Shown: positions 11,098 to 23,558 of the stretch, in pieces
Layout: every line of letters begins with the position of its first letter
Numbering within the stretch: position 1 is the first letter of the stretch
NCBI GenBank assembly: GCA_905178155.1
Contig: CAJINV010000001.1
Location: 4,240,233 to 4,304,232, forward strand
Source of the DNA: Amoebophrya sp. A120
Taxonomy: Eukaryota > Protista > Dinoflagellata
Reading direction: 5' to 3'
DNA: 64,000 nucleotides
The notes under the pieces: model-generated
The model's input: the letters and a program-made list of their open reading frames with translations, nothing else
The model's database searches: none
Told to the model about the DNA's origin: nothing
Position numbers and translations under genes: made by a program

Positions 11098-13710
11098 TCA
11101 GTGGTGCCGATGCCAAGCCGGCGGCGATTTCGGCGGTGATTGGTACGGCGGGACCGATTGGGGCAACTGGATCCGCCGCGCCTCGACGTAAAACCGCTTG
11201 TCGTCCGCCTCACCCATGGAAAAGGATTTCCGCGGAAGCGTCCCGAATCGATTTACGCTCTGGAACAAGGCCGTCTTGCTCTTGATCGCGGGTAACAGAA
11301 GCCCGCAGCACATCCTCTTCGAGGTTGCAGGTGCTGCAACTGGCGACGCGGCAGTCTCAGGTAAGTCTTCATTCTCGCCAGTGGACGACGCTTTCGGACT
11401 CTTCGTCGCGGTGCTCGCCTCCACGAGCCTGCGCAAGGCGTCTTCTCCATGCACGTATTCCAATTCCCAGTCCGGGTTTTCGTCGAGGAACGTTTGCAAA
11501 AACCCGACGGCACTCATGTTTTTGCTGTTCGCGCCTTCCACCTGAATGACGATAGTTCCGCAGTTGTCTGCGTCGGTAGCGACCAGCTGGAACTCGAACT
11601 TCTGGGAGGGAGCGGTTAACACGGTAGTCGGTGCCGCGGAAGCTGCGACGTCTTTTTCTGCTTGTAGTTCACTCGCCTCCGGCTCGCCACTGCCTGAAAC
11701 GTCTCCTACCTCTTCTCCGTTATCGTCAGCAGCAGGGACTGCTTCCGCTTCCTCCTCCGCGGGTGCTGGAGTTCCATCTGCTTCACCGCCGGCAGCATGT
11801 TCCTCTCCAGATAAAATTGCCTGTGCAGCAGCGGTTAAAGACGTGAAGGAGAGAAATCTGCAAAGCGAAGAGCCGCTAGTATCGACTTTTCCTCCTCCCG
11901 GGGAGGAACCCGCCATATTTCGCGCGCGGCGCTCGCTGAGTTCACAATACTTCCGCAGGCGATTCAGCAACTCCGTGGGCTTTGCGTCGAACACGAGTCT
12001 GTGGATGGGCTCAAACGCGATGGCGCTGTCGTGGATGTTCTGCACTTCCACCAGTGCGTACCGCGCGGGATGTCGCGCCGACTGCTCGGCCGTCATGCGG
12101 TGCTGTGTTTTCACGCTTTCCCAGACGCACTTCGCCGCTGCGAGGCTGTGATTACCGTCTCCCACCGCGAAGAGCATGTTTTTCCGCTTGGCCTCAGAAG
12201 TAGTGGGGGAGAAGCCCAGTTGCGGACTGGTCGTTCCGGTGGGGTTCTTCTTGCCCGAAGTATCTCCCTCCTCGCCGGACGCGGACCGGTCCACATCGCG
12301 CAGTCGGGCTAAGGTCCGCGCCACGTGGAGCATGCTGGTCTCATCCTCCAGCGGAACGCGCCACCCGCAAATCTTCCCGCCGTTCTCCATCAAATCGATC
12401 TTGTAATCAGGTTTTTTTTCTTGGTTCTTTTCGAACATCGGGCCCAGCAGCTCGTCATCCGCATCGTCCACCAGGATGACTATGTGGGGGAGTTCTAACA
12501 GCGCGCTTTCGCGAATTTTCGTGCGGAGCAGTGTTGCAGGAAAGTTTGGAGTCAAGTCGCAGCACGAGGTTGTCATGCTTGTTCCCGAGATGGAAACACC
12601 GAAATGTTGTTGAAAAAATCGAATAAAATCAAAATACATATAAATGCAAGCCACTACATATCAGAAAATAGAAATTCTCCCGGTAAATAGTACGCCCAGC
12701 AGCTAATCTACGACCACTCAACTCAAACCTTCGCATGTCGTACCCGGCAGCCGTTCCACCACTGTTTTTTCCGTGGCGCGGATGAGGGATGTGGAATGCA
12801 GGCTGTAGTCGTATTGCTCTAAGTCCAAGGCGAGGAGTATGCCCCGACGGGGCACTGGTCCTTGCTCGTTGCTTCCTTTTTTCTGTAGCTCCCGTTCGAC
12901 CAACATGAAACCGAGGTAGGAATCAAAAAGACCGCCAGGAGATGGAAAATTGTCCAGATCCGCTGCCGCCCCAGCTTGCGATTTTTTCGGGGTTTGGAAG
13001 GACCCGTCATTTTCGCAAGTGGAAGTGGCTGCAGCTTGTGCTGTTGCTGGTACGTCGCTGTTGACCTCCTCGTCGACCGGTTTCGTTTTCAAAGAAGAAG
13101 GTGGACTAGTACCGGTGGCACCCAATACTCCTTCAAATCCGGCTAGGTACTGCTTCATGTAGTGCCGAATGCGACGCAAGCAGGTATGCGAACAAAATTT
13201 TGACTCAGACTAGGCTCACTCCTCAATTTGTTTGTATCCAATGAGCTGCACTCCTAACACTGCGAGGCGATTAGCAAAGACAGAGACGCAGGTAGTTTCG
13301 TCTTGATTTGCAACAGCGACTGCGTTCGACGCTATTGTAGATTGAAGTTGAACTTCGTGCAGCTTGCCTCGCAAATAAGAGTTAGCTCGATGAGTCAAAA
13401 TTTCCCTTCCGTACTGGTAGTCGTCTTTTTGGTCCGACAGATAGGCCTCGGGGTAGATCAAATGCAGCGATGACGGCGCGTCCCCGACATTTTTTGCGAC
13501 CCGGTCCCAGTAGCTCCGCTCCGCCGAGTACTGGTCGCACGCTATAACAGCCCATTTTTCCAGGTCAACCGTTTCCGGATTCGGGCACAAAATTTGTGGC
13601 ACCAGGACACCCACGTCGGCCAGCTCAGACAAAACTTGAGCGGAAACAGAGCCGGGTTGTTGCATGTTGCTCGTCGTGTCCGCAGCGGGAGAGGTGTCGG
13701 ACGGAGCCAT
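11098..13710 (-). CDS. DUF1015-family protein, 3 exons, two non-GT-AG introns
   Basis: Motifs KWAVIACDQY, LHLIYPEAYL, LALDLEQYDYS, IRATEKTVVERLP, LELPHIVILVDD, FAVGDGNHSLAAAK and LPRKSFSMGEADDKRFYVEARRI are spread over three ORFs. Introns lie at ~13185-13413 and ~12529-12743. Confidence 0.85.
13185..13413. mobile_element. Degenerate introner, 229 bp
   Basis: Ends tatgcgaacaaaattttgactca ... tgagtcaaaatttcccttccgta (13-bp perfect inner match). TSD is decayed, but removing the element plus 5 nt restores the frame (DYQ|LRRIRHY). Confidence 0.65.
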
Positions 13711-14714
13711 GGTGGATCGTCGATCGTTTTATTTCGGGAGAGCTCGTTGGTACCGATTTAAGTGGTTTTGTAAATGGTACTTGGATGCGTAAGGGTATTG
13801 GTCAACGCACATTCGTATTTTGGTACACTTTTTGTAGTACAAAATTATGTTTAAACCAATATTGCTGTAGTTGAAGATAAAAAAATAAAAATGCTGGGGA
13901 AGAAGGATTTTGAGCATGAAGCAAGTAGAAGTACCTGAGGATAAATCAAGAATAACTTTCAGGTGACAACTCATGCGAGCTCCAGCTAATAATCCATCAT
14001 CATGATGAAAGTTTGCGTTGTCTAATTTTTTATGGATACACTGTCGCAGTTGTCAACCAGCCGATGCGTTCTCTTTTACTCTTTCAAAACCGACCCTACT
14101 AAGTCTGTGCAGAAACGGTAAAACGCATTAAATACTCGCTTGGGAAATTCCTTTTTTATACACAGAAGAGGGGAAACTAAAAAAGGTCGTCTATGCTACA
14201 CGAGGAACAAACAAGAAGGGGATGGGGATCGGCAAATCAAGAAATCAAAACGCGAAGGAGCCTGTTCGTGAAACCACGGGGATCTTAAAACATCATGATC
14301 ATGTGAGAGCTCAAGCCTCGAAATGAGAAGGAAATGGAAAGAAAACCTGAATCACAAAAAAAACCGTTGATGTGACCTCGATAAAGATGCGAATCATGCG
14401 ACCTCGATACAGAAAACCATTCGCAAGTGACTTTTTGAAACAGCCCTAGCTCATGATCTCGTTCATCACAAAGAGAAAAAACACGACTTGAAATCGTTTT
14501 TTGGACACCACACACACTTGATTTTCGCGAAAAACAGCAAGTCCGTAGGGCTCCGGGTCTGAGGATGAACACAAAAAGGGTCTCTACGTGGGTGCTGTAC
14601 ACCCCTTAACGTTCAAATCTTTCCAGCAAAAATGCAGTCAAGCGTTATGCTGTCGCGTAAAAATTTCTGCATGCTAGTAAGGGTCGTCGCTTTTGATGCT
14701 TTTGCTTTACTCAT

Positions 14715-17700
14715 TTATCTTCCTACAGTTGCGTAGCCCATTCCATCCGTGCCCAGCAATTCGGCCACAGCCTTCACAATCGGACTTGCCTCGAGTTGCA
14801 GCTTGGGATTTTCAATCTTCCGCTGCAGCAGCTCTTCGAGCAGCTCGTGCCGCAACACGTGCACCAGCTGCGAGATCACCGTGTTCGCCGACGCAGCCTG
14901 CTGTCCGCCGGTCGTGGTAAACACGAGCTTCCCCTGGTCGACAACCACCAGCCCGTCTTGCCGAAACTCGATTTCCGAAAAATTCCCGAGCAAGAGCACC
15001 GCGAGCGGCGAGGCCTCCGAGTTGGCCTCAATGAACATTTTGTCATTCGATCCGAAAATGTCCGTGTGGCAGATGTAGTGGGACTGCAGGCCTGGGGCTT
15101 CGGAGAAGAACACGCTGTTGTGGTTCACGAAGTACCGGATGTTTTGCCCGGGTTGGTTGCCGAACGGCTTTGCGGGGTCGACGATCTTGTCCTTGAAGAA
15201 AAACGGGTCGCGCTGCAACGGGAAGAATCGAACCAGTTCTGGCTTGATTGGCACCTGGACTGTCGCGCCCGAGGCAAGCTTTTTGTACGTCACTTCCGGT
15301 TTTTTCGCCTTGACCAGGAAAAACGCGGCTACGCACGCAGCCCGAAGCATGTACCACCGCGTGTTGCTGGTTGGTTCTTGCTGCGGAGATTGAATAGCAC
15401 TGTGCGGCGGCGTTTGTTCGCGAGTCAGAAACCCGAGGTTTCGTAAGGCGGATAAGTGTTGCTGCTGCAGCTTCGCGGCTTCTTTCAGCGACTCCGAACT
15501 GATCCCGAGCTTGTGAACGATCGCGTTTCCAGGGTCCGTTTCCCCGACAAGAAGGAAGTTGCAGGTGTCTGTCTCCATGGCAAGTTGCCGCAAGGCGCTG
15601 TACTCTGTTTCTTTGTCCTTCCTTCGGTTCTTCCGTGACGTGGCGTGCAGAAACCACTCCAGCAAACCAGCCAAGAAGCAGTGATCCGATTTGGTCCCCC
15701 CAGGCTTCAGCAAAACGCGGCGAAAAACGGTTCGATTTGTTTCTTGTTCCTGTTCCTTTGGTCGGAGCAGCGGATTTCTCACGGATAGCATCGCCGCCAA
15801 TCCCGCGGTCTCGGACGCGCAGCCAAGCATGGCGCCGTAAATTAGCAGTTTTCCGATCCGGACGTCGCATGGAAGCTTAGCGAGGTGTTTACCGAGCGGC
15901 GTAATTCGGATTTCTGTGGGGGATTTGTCTTTATCTCCGCGGGTGTTTCTTTCACCTTCTCTCTTCCCCTCCACCACCGCTCCCACAGCTAGCAGCTCTC
16001 CCAATCCGGCCTTCACCGCGTCCTCCGTCGGTGGCGTCGGTGCGTGTTGCAGAAATTTCCGCAGCGAACTATTCGTGTGCGTTTCCATGCTGCAGACCTG
16101 CAGCAGCATGTTCTCCAGCGGCAAAGAGTCCATTTCCGGTGGCGTTGAGTCCGCCAGCCGGTTTTCCTCGTTTCGCGAAATCATGCGAATACAGATCCCC
16201 GGCTGCACTCGGCCCGCACGCCCCTTACGCTGCTCGATGCTGGCTTTGGAGCAGAAGGATTCCTGCAGGGTGGCGAGGCGCAAGTGACACTTCTCTTGCG
16301 CGCCAACCGACCGGGCGGGCGGGTCGAAACCTGGGGCATTAGAATCTTTACCACTGTTGTCGGAAGTTGTAGATGTTAATCCACTACTCTTCAGCATCAG
16401 TCGTCTTTCGCGGCACGTGTCAATGACACAGGTGACATCCGGAATGGTGATACTGGTTTCGCACACGTTCGTCGCAACCACGATTTTTTGCGCAACCACG
16501 TCGAAGCACTTCCGTTGCTCCTGCGGTGGCAGACTTCCGTGTAGAGGCAGCACCTTCTGCGCCGGACAGCCAAAATCCTGCACCAAGGTCCGGCACATCC
16601 GCTGAATTTCGCCGGTTCCGGGCATGAAAATGAGAATGGCTTTCTGCCCGTACTGCATTTTCTCGTCATCGTACTCGCCTTTCAAAACAGAACTCACCGC
16701 CTCGCCGATGCCCCAGTAGTCGATTTGGCCCGGTTTGCTGTTCTGACTGCTGTAGTTGAAGCTCTTCACCGGGAAAGTCCGTCCTGGGATCTCCAAGCGC
16801 GCTGCTTTGGGAAACATCTCGAAGATTTTTTTATCCAAAGTCGCGGACATCACGATCACTTTAAAAGGGTCTTGCTGTTGATGTTGTCTCGAACTACTGC
16901 CCCTGCTGCTCAGGTGGTTCGCCACCAGCATCAGCAGAAAATCGATGTCCAAGCTTCTTTCGTGCGCTTCATCAATGACTAGGTGAGTGAAATCGATTCC
17001 TCCACTTTCAAGTGCTTGGTCAGGATTCTCGCAAAGATGACTTTGTAACAGCTTCTTGATCAAAATTCCAACGGTGCAGAAGACGAGTTGGCAATTCTTC
17101 GGAATGTGCACATCCCCGCGGACGCAATAGCCGACCTCATCCTCCCCAAACTCCTGCGCGACGCGGCGGGCCAGACTCACAGCGGCCAAACGCCGAGGCT
17201 GCGTGCAGACGACGCGATTTGATGCGCTGGAGGCCGAAGATCCTTCCTGTTGCTTGTTCATCGCTGTGCCGATGAGAAACTGCGGCAGTTGGGTAGACTT
17301 CCCGCAACCGGTCTGTCCAAGGACAAGCGTGACGTCGTTCTTCTCGACCATCTGGAGAAATTCCTTTTCCTTCTTGTGTGCGGGAAGGTCAAGTTTTTTC
17401 GTTCTGCTTTGCCGCGAAGATGTTGACGCTCCTGTAGTTCCTGCTGGGAACCAAGACTTATTATCCAAGGTCCTCTGGGACTTCTCCTTGTCTTCCTCAC
17501 TGTCGTTCATGTTGGAATTCGCGGATTCGTCAGCGTCTTTTTGTTCTTTTGCTTTCGCCGCAGCTTGTGCGGCTGCCTCCTCTTCGTCCTTCTTCGCTTG
17601 CTGTGCGCTCAACTCCAGTAGAGAAGACTTCGTCTCCTTCCACTTGGCGCGAACTTCTCGTAAGAAAGTATCCGGCTCTTCTACTCCGTCCGCGATCAGC

Positions 17701-19199
17701 TCCGCCTCCAGAATGTCGCAACAGGCCTGCAGATTGTCTTCGTCGAGTTCCTGCGCGTCGTCTTGTCCTGCATTTACTTGTTCCGCTGCTATCCAAGATT
17801 CCGTGAAGAGCTCAATCGAGCACAGCAAGCTGTCCACTGCAGCGGCGTCTTCCAACAGTCCGCTTCGCAATTTCTGCCTGCACCAACCGAGAAAGTCTGC
17901 CCGCCTCGCTTTTCTCTCCCGAGATAACTTCTCTGCCGTGCCTGCTTTCGTGTCTTTGTTTTCTACCCGCTGGAACTGGCCTCGAACCTGGAACTGCTCC
18001 GGCAGGGATTCGTCCGGTAAATTCAGTGTGAGCCACTGCTGAACGAGGTCTATTGTCGGGTCCTCCCCCGTGCTGCGGACGGCGATCACGCCGGTGATAG
18101 CGTCGCTGCGGTCAAACCCGAGCGTGTTTGTCAATTCGGATAGTAACTGCTCGTCCTCTTCGTCAACGTCGTTTTTCGCCGACTCGGAATATGAATCTGC
18201 CTGCTCCACGGCGAGAAAAAGCTTCTTCATCTTTGCGATAGTCGCATTAGTGTTAGACGTAGTCGCAGTAGAATTTGTTCTAGCACTAGAGCTGCTACTA
18301 CTTCCTCCTGCTGCGACGTTCGCTGTAGCTGTACCACTTTTGCTCCCATTTTTTACCGCACCCATCTGCTCCGTCTGTTGGTAATGTTCGCGCAGCGCCG
18401 TAATGCACTTTAGCCGCATTTTCTTCGAGAAATACACGGGCTGCATTGCTTGCTCCCGGTGAAATTCCTTTTTCACTTCCTTTTTGTTCGCAGTTTGCGT
18501 TTTCTCAACTCGGTTCTTCTCCTGCCACTGCGTTTTCTCGTACTCGGACGTGTTCCACTTTTCGTTCTGTAACCCCTTGATCACAACCGGCGCGGAGGAA
18601 GAAGATGCAGAGGTTGAGGTTGTGGCCTTCGCGGTACTAGAAGAAGTTGCAGCAGCTCCGGTTCCGCCCACACCACCAGCGCTGCTCGCCGCCTGTTGCG
18701 TTTTCAGCCACAAGTCCCTAAATGGGTCTGGCACCACCCGCTCCAGCGGTGCTGCGGGCTGCACGTGCGACAACGCAAGCATGGCGGCTTCCTCTTTCGC
18801 TAGTGTCTCTGTCGTTGCGGGAAGTAAAGTTTCCCAGACGGCGAACACGAGATCTTTCGCCGGCGTGTCCTTCACGTCAGGCAGAATGCAGCGCTTCCGG
18901 AATGTGTCGGGCTGAAACGCCTTCGCCGTGACGTAGCGTGGCTTTGGGCGCTTCTGCTTCTGCGTCCATTCGAGCAGCACTTGGGAAGGAAGGCGTTGCC
19001 AGGATTTCAGCGCAATACCGTCGGAGGTCGTAACTGGGCCCTTGTCCGCAACCACAGTGCCGCCGCCGCGCTGCCGGTGTCCTTTCGGCTTCTTCCCCCC
19101 GCCTTTGGCATTGTCGGCACCGTTTGCGGAAGTGGTACCCTTCTTATTCGAGTCTGCGTTGCTGTTTCCGCTTGCCTGACCAGCAGAGTTTTTCTTCAT
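14715..19199 (-). CDS. DEAH-box RNA helicase, DHX57/DHX29-like (single exon, ~1494 aa; ORF extends to 19244)
   Basis: Motifs GQTGCGKST, TQPRRLAA, DEAH, MSAT, ATNVCETSITIPD, QRKGRAGR and HA2 (TPLGKHLAKLPCDVRIGKLL). N-terminal LPSQVLLEWTQKQK and UBA-like WLTLNLPDESLP segments. Confidence 0.92.
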   Translation of the reverse strand: MKKNSAGQASGNSNADSNKKGTTSANGADNAKGGGKKPKGHRQRGGGTVVADKGPVTTSDGIALKSWQRLPSQVLLEWTQKQKRPKPRYVTAKAFQPDTFRKRCILPDVKDTPAKDLVFAVWETLLPATTETLAKEEAAMLALSHVQPAAPLERVVPDPFRDLWLKTQQAASSAGGVGGTGAAATSSSTAKATTSTSASSSSAPVVIKGLQNEKWNTSEYEKTQWQEKNRVEKTQTANKKEVKKEFHREQAMQPVYFSKKMRLKCITALREHYQQTEQMGAVKNGSKSGTATANVAAGGSSSSSSARTNSTATTSNTNATIAKMKKLFLAVEQADSYSESAKNDVDEEDEQLLSELTNTLGFDRSDAITGVIAVRSTGEDPTIDLVQQWLTLNLPDESLPEQFQVRGQFQRVENKDTKAGTAEKLSRERKARRADFLGWCRQKLRSGLLEDAAAVDSLLCSIELFTESWIAAEQVNAGQDDAQELDEDNLQACCDILEAELIADGVEEPDTFLREVRAKWKETKSSLLELSAQQAKKDEEEAAAQAAAKAKEQKDADESANSNMNDSEEDKEKSQRTLDNKSWFPAGTTGASTSSRQSRTKKLDLPAHKKEKEFLQMVEKNDVTLVLGQTGCGKSTQLPQFLIGTAMNKQQEGSSASSASNRVVCTQPRRLAAVSLARRVAQEFGEDEVGYCVRGDVHIPKNCQLVFCTVGILIKKLLQSHLCENPDQALESGGIDFTHLVIDEAHERSLDIDFLLMLVANHLSSRGSSSRQHQQQDPFKVIVMSATLDKKIFEMFPKAARLEIPGRTFPVKSFNYSSQNSKPGQIDYWGIGEAVSSVLKGEYDDEKMQYGQKAILIFMPGTGEIQRMCRTLVQDFGCPAQKVLPLHGSLPPQEQRKCFDVVAQKIVVATNVCETSITIPDVTCVIDTCRERRLMLKSSGLTSTTSDNSGKDSNAPGFDPPARSVGAQEKCHLRLATLQESFCSKASIEQRKGRAGRVQPGICIRMISRNEENRLADSTPPEMDSLPLENMLLQVCSMETHTNSSLRKFLQHAPTPPTEDAVKAGLGELLAVGAVVEGKREGERNTRGDKDKSPTEIRITPLGKHLAKLPCDVRIGKLLIYGAMLGCASETAGLAAMLSVRNPLLRPKEQEQETNRTVFRRVLLKPGGTKSDHCFLAGLLEWFLHATSRKNRRKDKETEYSALRQLAMETDTCNFLLVGETDPGNAIVHKLGISSESLKEAAKLQQQHLSALRNLGFLTREQTPPHSAIQSPQQEPTSNTRWYMLRAACVAAFFLVKAKKPEVTYKKLASGATVQVPIKPELVRFFPLQRDPFFFKDKIVDPAKPFGNQPGQNIRYFVNHNSVFFSEAPGLQSHYICHTDIFGSNDKMFIEANSEASPLAVLLLGNFSEIEFRQDGLVVVDQGKLVFTTTGGQQAASANTVISQLVHVLRHELLEELLQRKIENPKLQLEASPIVKAVAELLGTDGMGYATVGR

Positions 19200-20772
19200 T
19201 TTGAAGTTGCTGTGATTACGATACCCATACTCCACTTTCTGCACCGCGGAGTATATTTTTTATTCACTTGTACTTTCGGAAGAGGGGAATATCATTGATG
19301 ACAAAATGGGATATCAAAACGACAGCTGCCTATGAGATTTTCTGCTGTTTTGAATGAGAAGTGTGCGGTCCACGTCGGGAAAAAAAAAACGGCTTCTTCA
19401 AAAAGATGTTACTACCGCAAAGGAAGCGGCAAATGCAATTGATTCAAATACAATCGATCCGGCCAAAAAAGTTGACAACATGGAAGCTTGTCTACTTATC
19501 CACTTGAAAATGCTATTTGGAAATCATTCAAATGCTGACCTGCTGCAACGGATCGCGCTTCAGGAGTTTCTCGGACATTTATTCAGGTTGCTGGATCTTC
19601 GAGAACCGTCGCTGAAGATGTATGTTCGTACTGTTTGACTCAGAAGTAGATCAAATGACCGGGGTTACAATATCGTACTGTACTCTTATCTTGACATTGT
19701 GAGGAAGAGGATGACACCAGAGGCGGAAATTCATTGTAAGTGAAGCCTGGAACGATCTGAAGACGGAAGAGAAGACGATGGATGAAGCAGTATGCGCAGC
19801 TTGTATATGCAGATGATGTTCATGTTGACCTGGCACTGGCTCTGACAGATGTGCAAAAAGAAGTCGCCTTCGGCCGGTTGCAACACTTGGCTTCGAAAGA
19901 AGGAAGAAAGGATCTCGAGCCGCTATCGACGCAGTTGGTCTTGCTGGTCTTCGTCTTTCTCTTTTTCCTTTTTTTATTATTTTTTCTGAACAAAAAAGTG
20001 GATGTTGATGGAGGTCGTGGTGAATTCTGGTTATCTGCATGGATTGTGCCAGTTCGCAATCAGAGCTGTAGGAGTGTACTAGCTGAGCAGAGATTAGTGG
20101 AAAATTCTTCTTGTCGAAAGTGAGTGAGAGTGTCAAACTCGAAGTGTTGTTTCCGGGACCCCGCCAGAAGCTGAGTAGTGTCTCGTCGATATCCGTTGTT
20201 GTTCCATTCTTTCTTTTTGCTTATGAACCAAATGGCATATCCATAAACAAACATGCACAAAAATCAAGCGAATGTGAAAATCATAGCCACATGATCAAGT
20301 TAAGGAAAGATTCGTCGCTTACATCCATTTGAATACTGGTCGCTGTTTTTCTCCCGCCAAAGAACCGGCTCTTTCCTAGATTGTCGTTGATGTTGTCGCG
20401 ACACGCATCGGTAGAAGCTGATGTCCTCGGCGGACGATTATACCGTCGGTTCTTACCTGTCCTGACTGCAGTTCGCCGACGAAGTTGGTCTCAGTTGTCG
20501 CCACAGGAGCACTAACAACCTTGAGAAGTGAATAAGTGGGTCGCACTTGTTCGTTCAGGTTTTCATCGGCATGATGATCAAACTGCAAACTTTATTCCTG
20601 CAAGTCATCGATTTCGATATCGCACGCTCTCAATAAAGCGCCGCTCAAGTACGAGATGTATTAAGAGAATGTGAAACCGAATTCTCTACCTACAGCTAAC
20701 GCCGTCCGCACGCGGAGAAGTAATTGCTTTTTCGTGTCGATAATTCTCCGATTGATGAAGTTGTCATATCGC

Positions 20773-22449
20773 CTAGTAGTAGCGTCCGCGACTGTGGTAA
20801 CGCCCCCGACCGCCGCCGCGACTGTCGCCCCGGTAGCCACCTCCGCCCCTCCCGCGTCCGCGGGACCGCGACCGAGATCCGTGCCGACGGTAGCCTCCGC
20901 CGCCGCCGCCACCCTCGTAGCGCGAAGAGCCTTTGCCCTTTCCCTTGTCCAAGTCTTCGTACCGCGAAGAGAGGTAGGACGGGCCACCTTTGCCGTACCC
21001 CTTGTCGCCCCGGTAGAAGTGGCCATCTCGATCTCCCCCCTTGGAAGCCGGCATCATGTCGTCGAAGCGCGAACGGCCCTTGCCACGGGGCGGCGAGGAC
21101 GGTCCTTTACCCCCACCACCTCCACGCGGGCTGTCGTACCGGGACGTGCCATGACCACCACGCGAGCCGCCCTTGTTTCCGAAATGAAACTTCGAGTGCG
21201 GAGAGATCGGGGAACGGTTGTAGCGGCGGTGCGACCGACCGCGGTCGCGGCTACTGCTCCGACCCCCGCCGCGCCGGCCGCGGGACCGTCCACCACGACC
21301 ACGGTGGTCACGGTGGTCGCCGCGACCACCCCCACGGGGCGACGGCGCGATCTCCCGGTGCGTAGTCTGGCCGCGGTTGCGGTCCCAGGAGGTCGGGCCG
21401 ATGTGCACCTTCCCCTTTTCCTGCTGCTCCACCAGCTGCGTGGCCTGCTTCGCCGTGCCCACCTTGCGCTCCTCGCAGCGCAGATTCCGGCCGTCCACTT
21501 CCTGGTCGTTGAAAATCTTCACGCACTTGTCGAAATCCTCCGGATTCTCCAGGTCGATAAACGCGTACTGAAACGGCGCGCGTTTCGCGTAGTTCCAGGG
21601 AATGTGAATGTGGTCGACCCCGATGTCCCGGTCCGTGAACCATTTCTCCACCACTTCCGCCACGGTGTGTGGCGCCAACCCGCCCAGAAACACGGTCTTG
21701 GTCCGCACGCGCGGCGCGCGGGTCGTCGTAGTAGTACCCGGAGCCCCGTCCCCGCGATTCCCCGCGCCGGTCGCGGTGGTTTTGCTGGCGCCAATTTTCT
21801 CCCCACGAGGATCTCCTTCCGCGTTGTCGTTTTTTTCCGTGTCCTCCGCCCCATGTTCCGCAGTATACCGGGATCCGCGGCCGCGACGACGGTTGTCCTC
21901 TTCCTCGTTGTCGTCACTGGCGTCGTCGTTGTCCATGCGCAGCTTGCGGTCCGGACCCTTCTCGTGGTCCTGATCACGGAACGCGGCGTGGTCGGAGGAA
22001 AAGGGGTTGATCCCATCGTCCTTGCTGCTCGTCTGCTGCTGCTTCTTCTTCATGGTGCTAGAGGAGAAGAAAGCCTCTTCATCCGGGTCATCGGACACCG
22101 GACTGCGGTCGTTCTCGCCTATGCCATGCAAATATCTCTGGGTCTGGAAAGATGCGAATTTGTGCTGCGCACTTCACATCACACATAAATTTGTCATACA
22201 TGGAAGCCAAAAGTTGCACATTTCTGGCCAATGGAAAAAAGGGCTTTGTCATGCGGATTTTTACGCATTAAGAGACCTTCTTAAAACCTGCTATGCTAGG
22301 GCGTGCATGCTGGTAGCCCTTCTGGGTCATCCCAAAGCTACATCACAAGTCTCTGCATCCTTCCAGACCCAGACATATTTGCATTTGATACCGTCCAACG
22401 GCTCGCGAATCATGTCGGACTGCGGGCGCTGGCGCTGGTGGCTAGCCAT
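20773..22449 (-). CDS. RRM-domain RNA-binding protein with RGG/RS-rich tail; 2 exons
   Basis: RNP2 VFLGGL, RNP1 FQYAFIDL and EVDGRNLRCE. First exon MASHQRQ...EPLDG joins in frame across introner 22120-22390. Confidence 0.85.
22120..22390. mobile_element. Introner family C, 271 bp (opposite orientation to 31512 and 38655)
   Basis: TIR tatgccatgcaaatatctctgggtctggaaagatgc ... gcatccttccagacccagacatatttgcatttgata. Decayed TSD tcgcc/ccgtc. Confidence 0.85.
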
Positions 22450-23558
22450 CTCGATAATATGTTTTATCTTTGCAGTTGCTTGTTCGAAATTGATTGATAT
22501 GCGCTTGCAGTTCTTGGAAGATTTAGATAATTGCTGAGAAAACAGAACAGAACACCTTGCGTACAAGGTATAATTATTAAACCGCAGGGCTCTACTACAT
22601 GAGAATCGAATCTCGATTCGACCCTAGTAGAGTGTGGTCTTCGGGACTATCAAAACAAAATCAGAACGAATTTTCCGCGCCGCTAGATCGTTCTTCCGCG
22701 GCCTCGACGCTGTTGATGTCCGTCAACGACAAGTTGCTTCTAGTAGTCCCAGATTCGTAGAGTTGAAGACTGATCTTTTCACGAACGAAAGAAACTGACG
22801 CGGATCCTTCCACCGGTGTTCTTCTATAGATAAAGATCCGGAAGACGCAAGGACAGGAGAATCTACTCATACTATGAATGACTCTTGAACCAAAACCAAC
22901 GCCTTGCTTCGATCGCACAGTGTTAGCATGTACTACGCCAAAGTGAAACTGCGCTGCCGCTGCGGTAAGCCGTCTAGAAAGCGTGCTGCTTGCGATCACA
23001 ATGTCAAAGTACGACGAGAGGTCCGTGGCTGGGAGAATCGGTATAAACATAAAGGTGATCCCGAAACGAGGGATCCCGAAATGGTAGCGGCACGCACCCG
23101 ATCTCGTTCTCGAGGGGAAGTACTTACGCTGTACTACTTTACCTTATAACGCTTCGGAATGAATCGGCTCGAGAAGGTCTTTGGAATGAACACAAAACAA
23201 ACGCGGTCTTTAGCTTTACTCTTCCAAGCGCACAAAAGTGGTTCTCGTGTCTCGTTTTGTGCAATCGCAAAAGGATCTTTTCTTTCTAGGGGGGTGCTTT
23301 TTAGTTCTTCGTGTGTCTCGTGATTTTGGTTGTTGGGGGGAAGAACACCAGAACAATGCCGAAGAACTTACTCTTCGAATTATGGCAGGTTCAATTGATA
23401 CGCACTGCTCATCGCTTACTTTTACAGAATTATAACAATACCGAAAGGGGTAGTTGAGAGTGCTGGATTAATATATGGGGATTGAAAAACTAACACCACC
23501 AACCCTCCTTTTCGGCCACGTCTTCGCCGACATGACAACGTACATGGATCTTGTTCCT

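Noticed and set aside
20671-22188. 505-aa plus-strand ORF
   Set aside because: Antisense shadow of the GC-rich RRM/RGG gene; it also runs into an introner.
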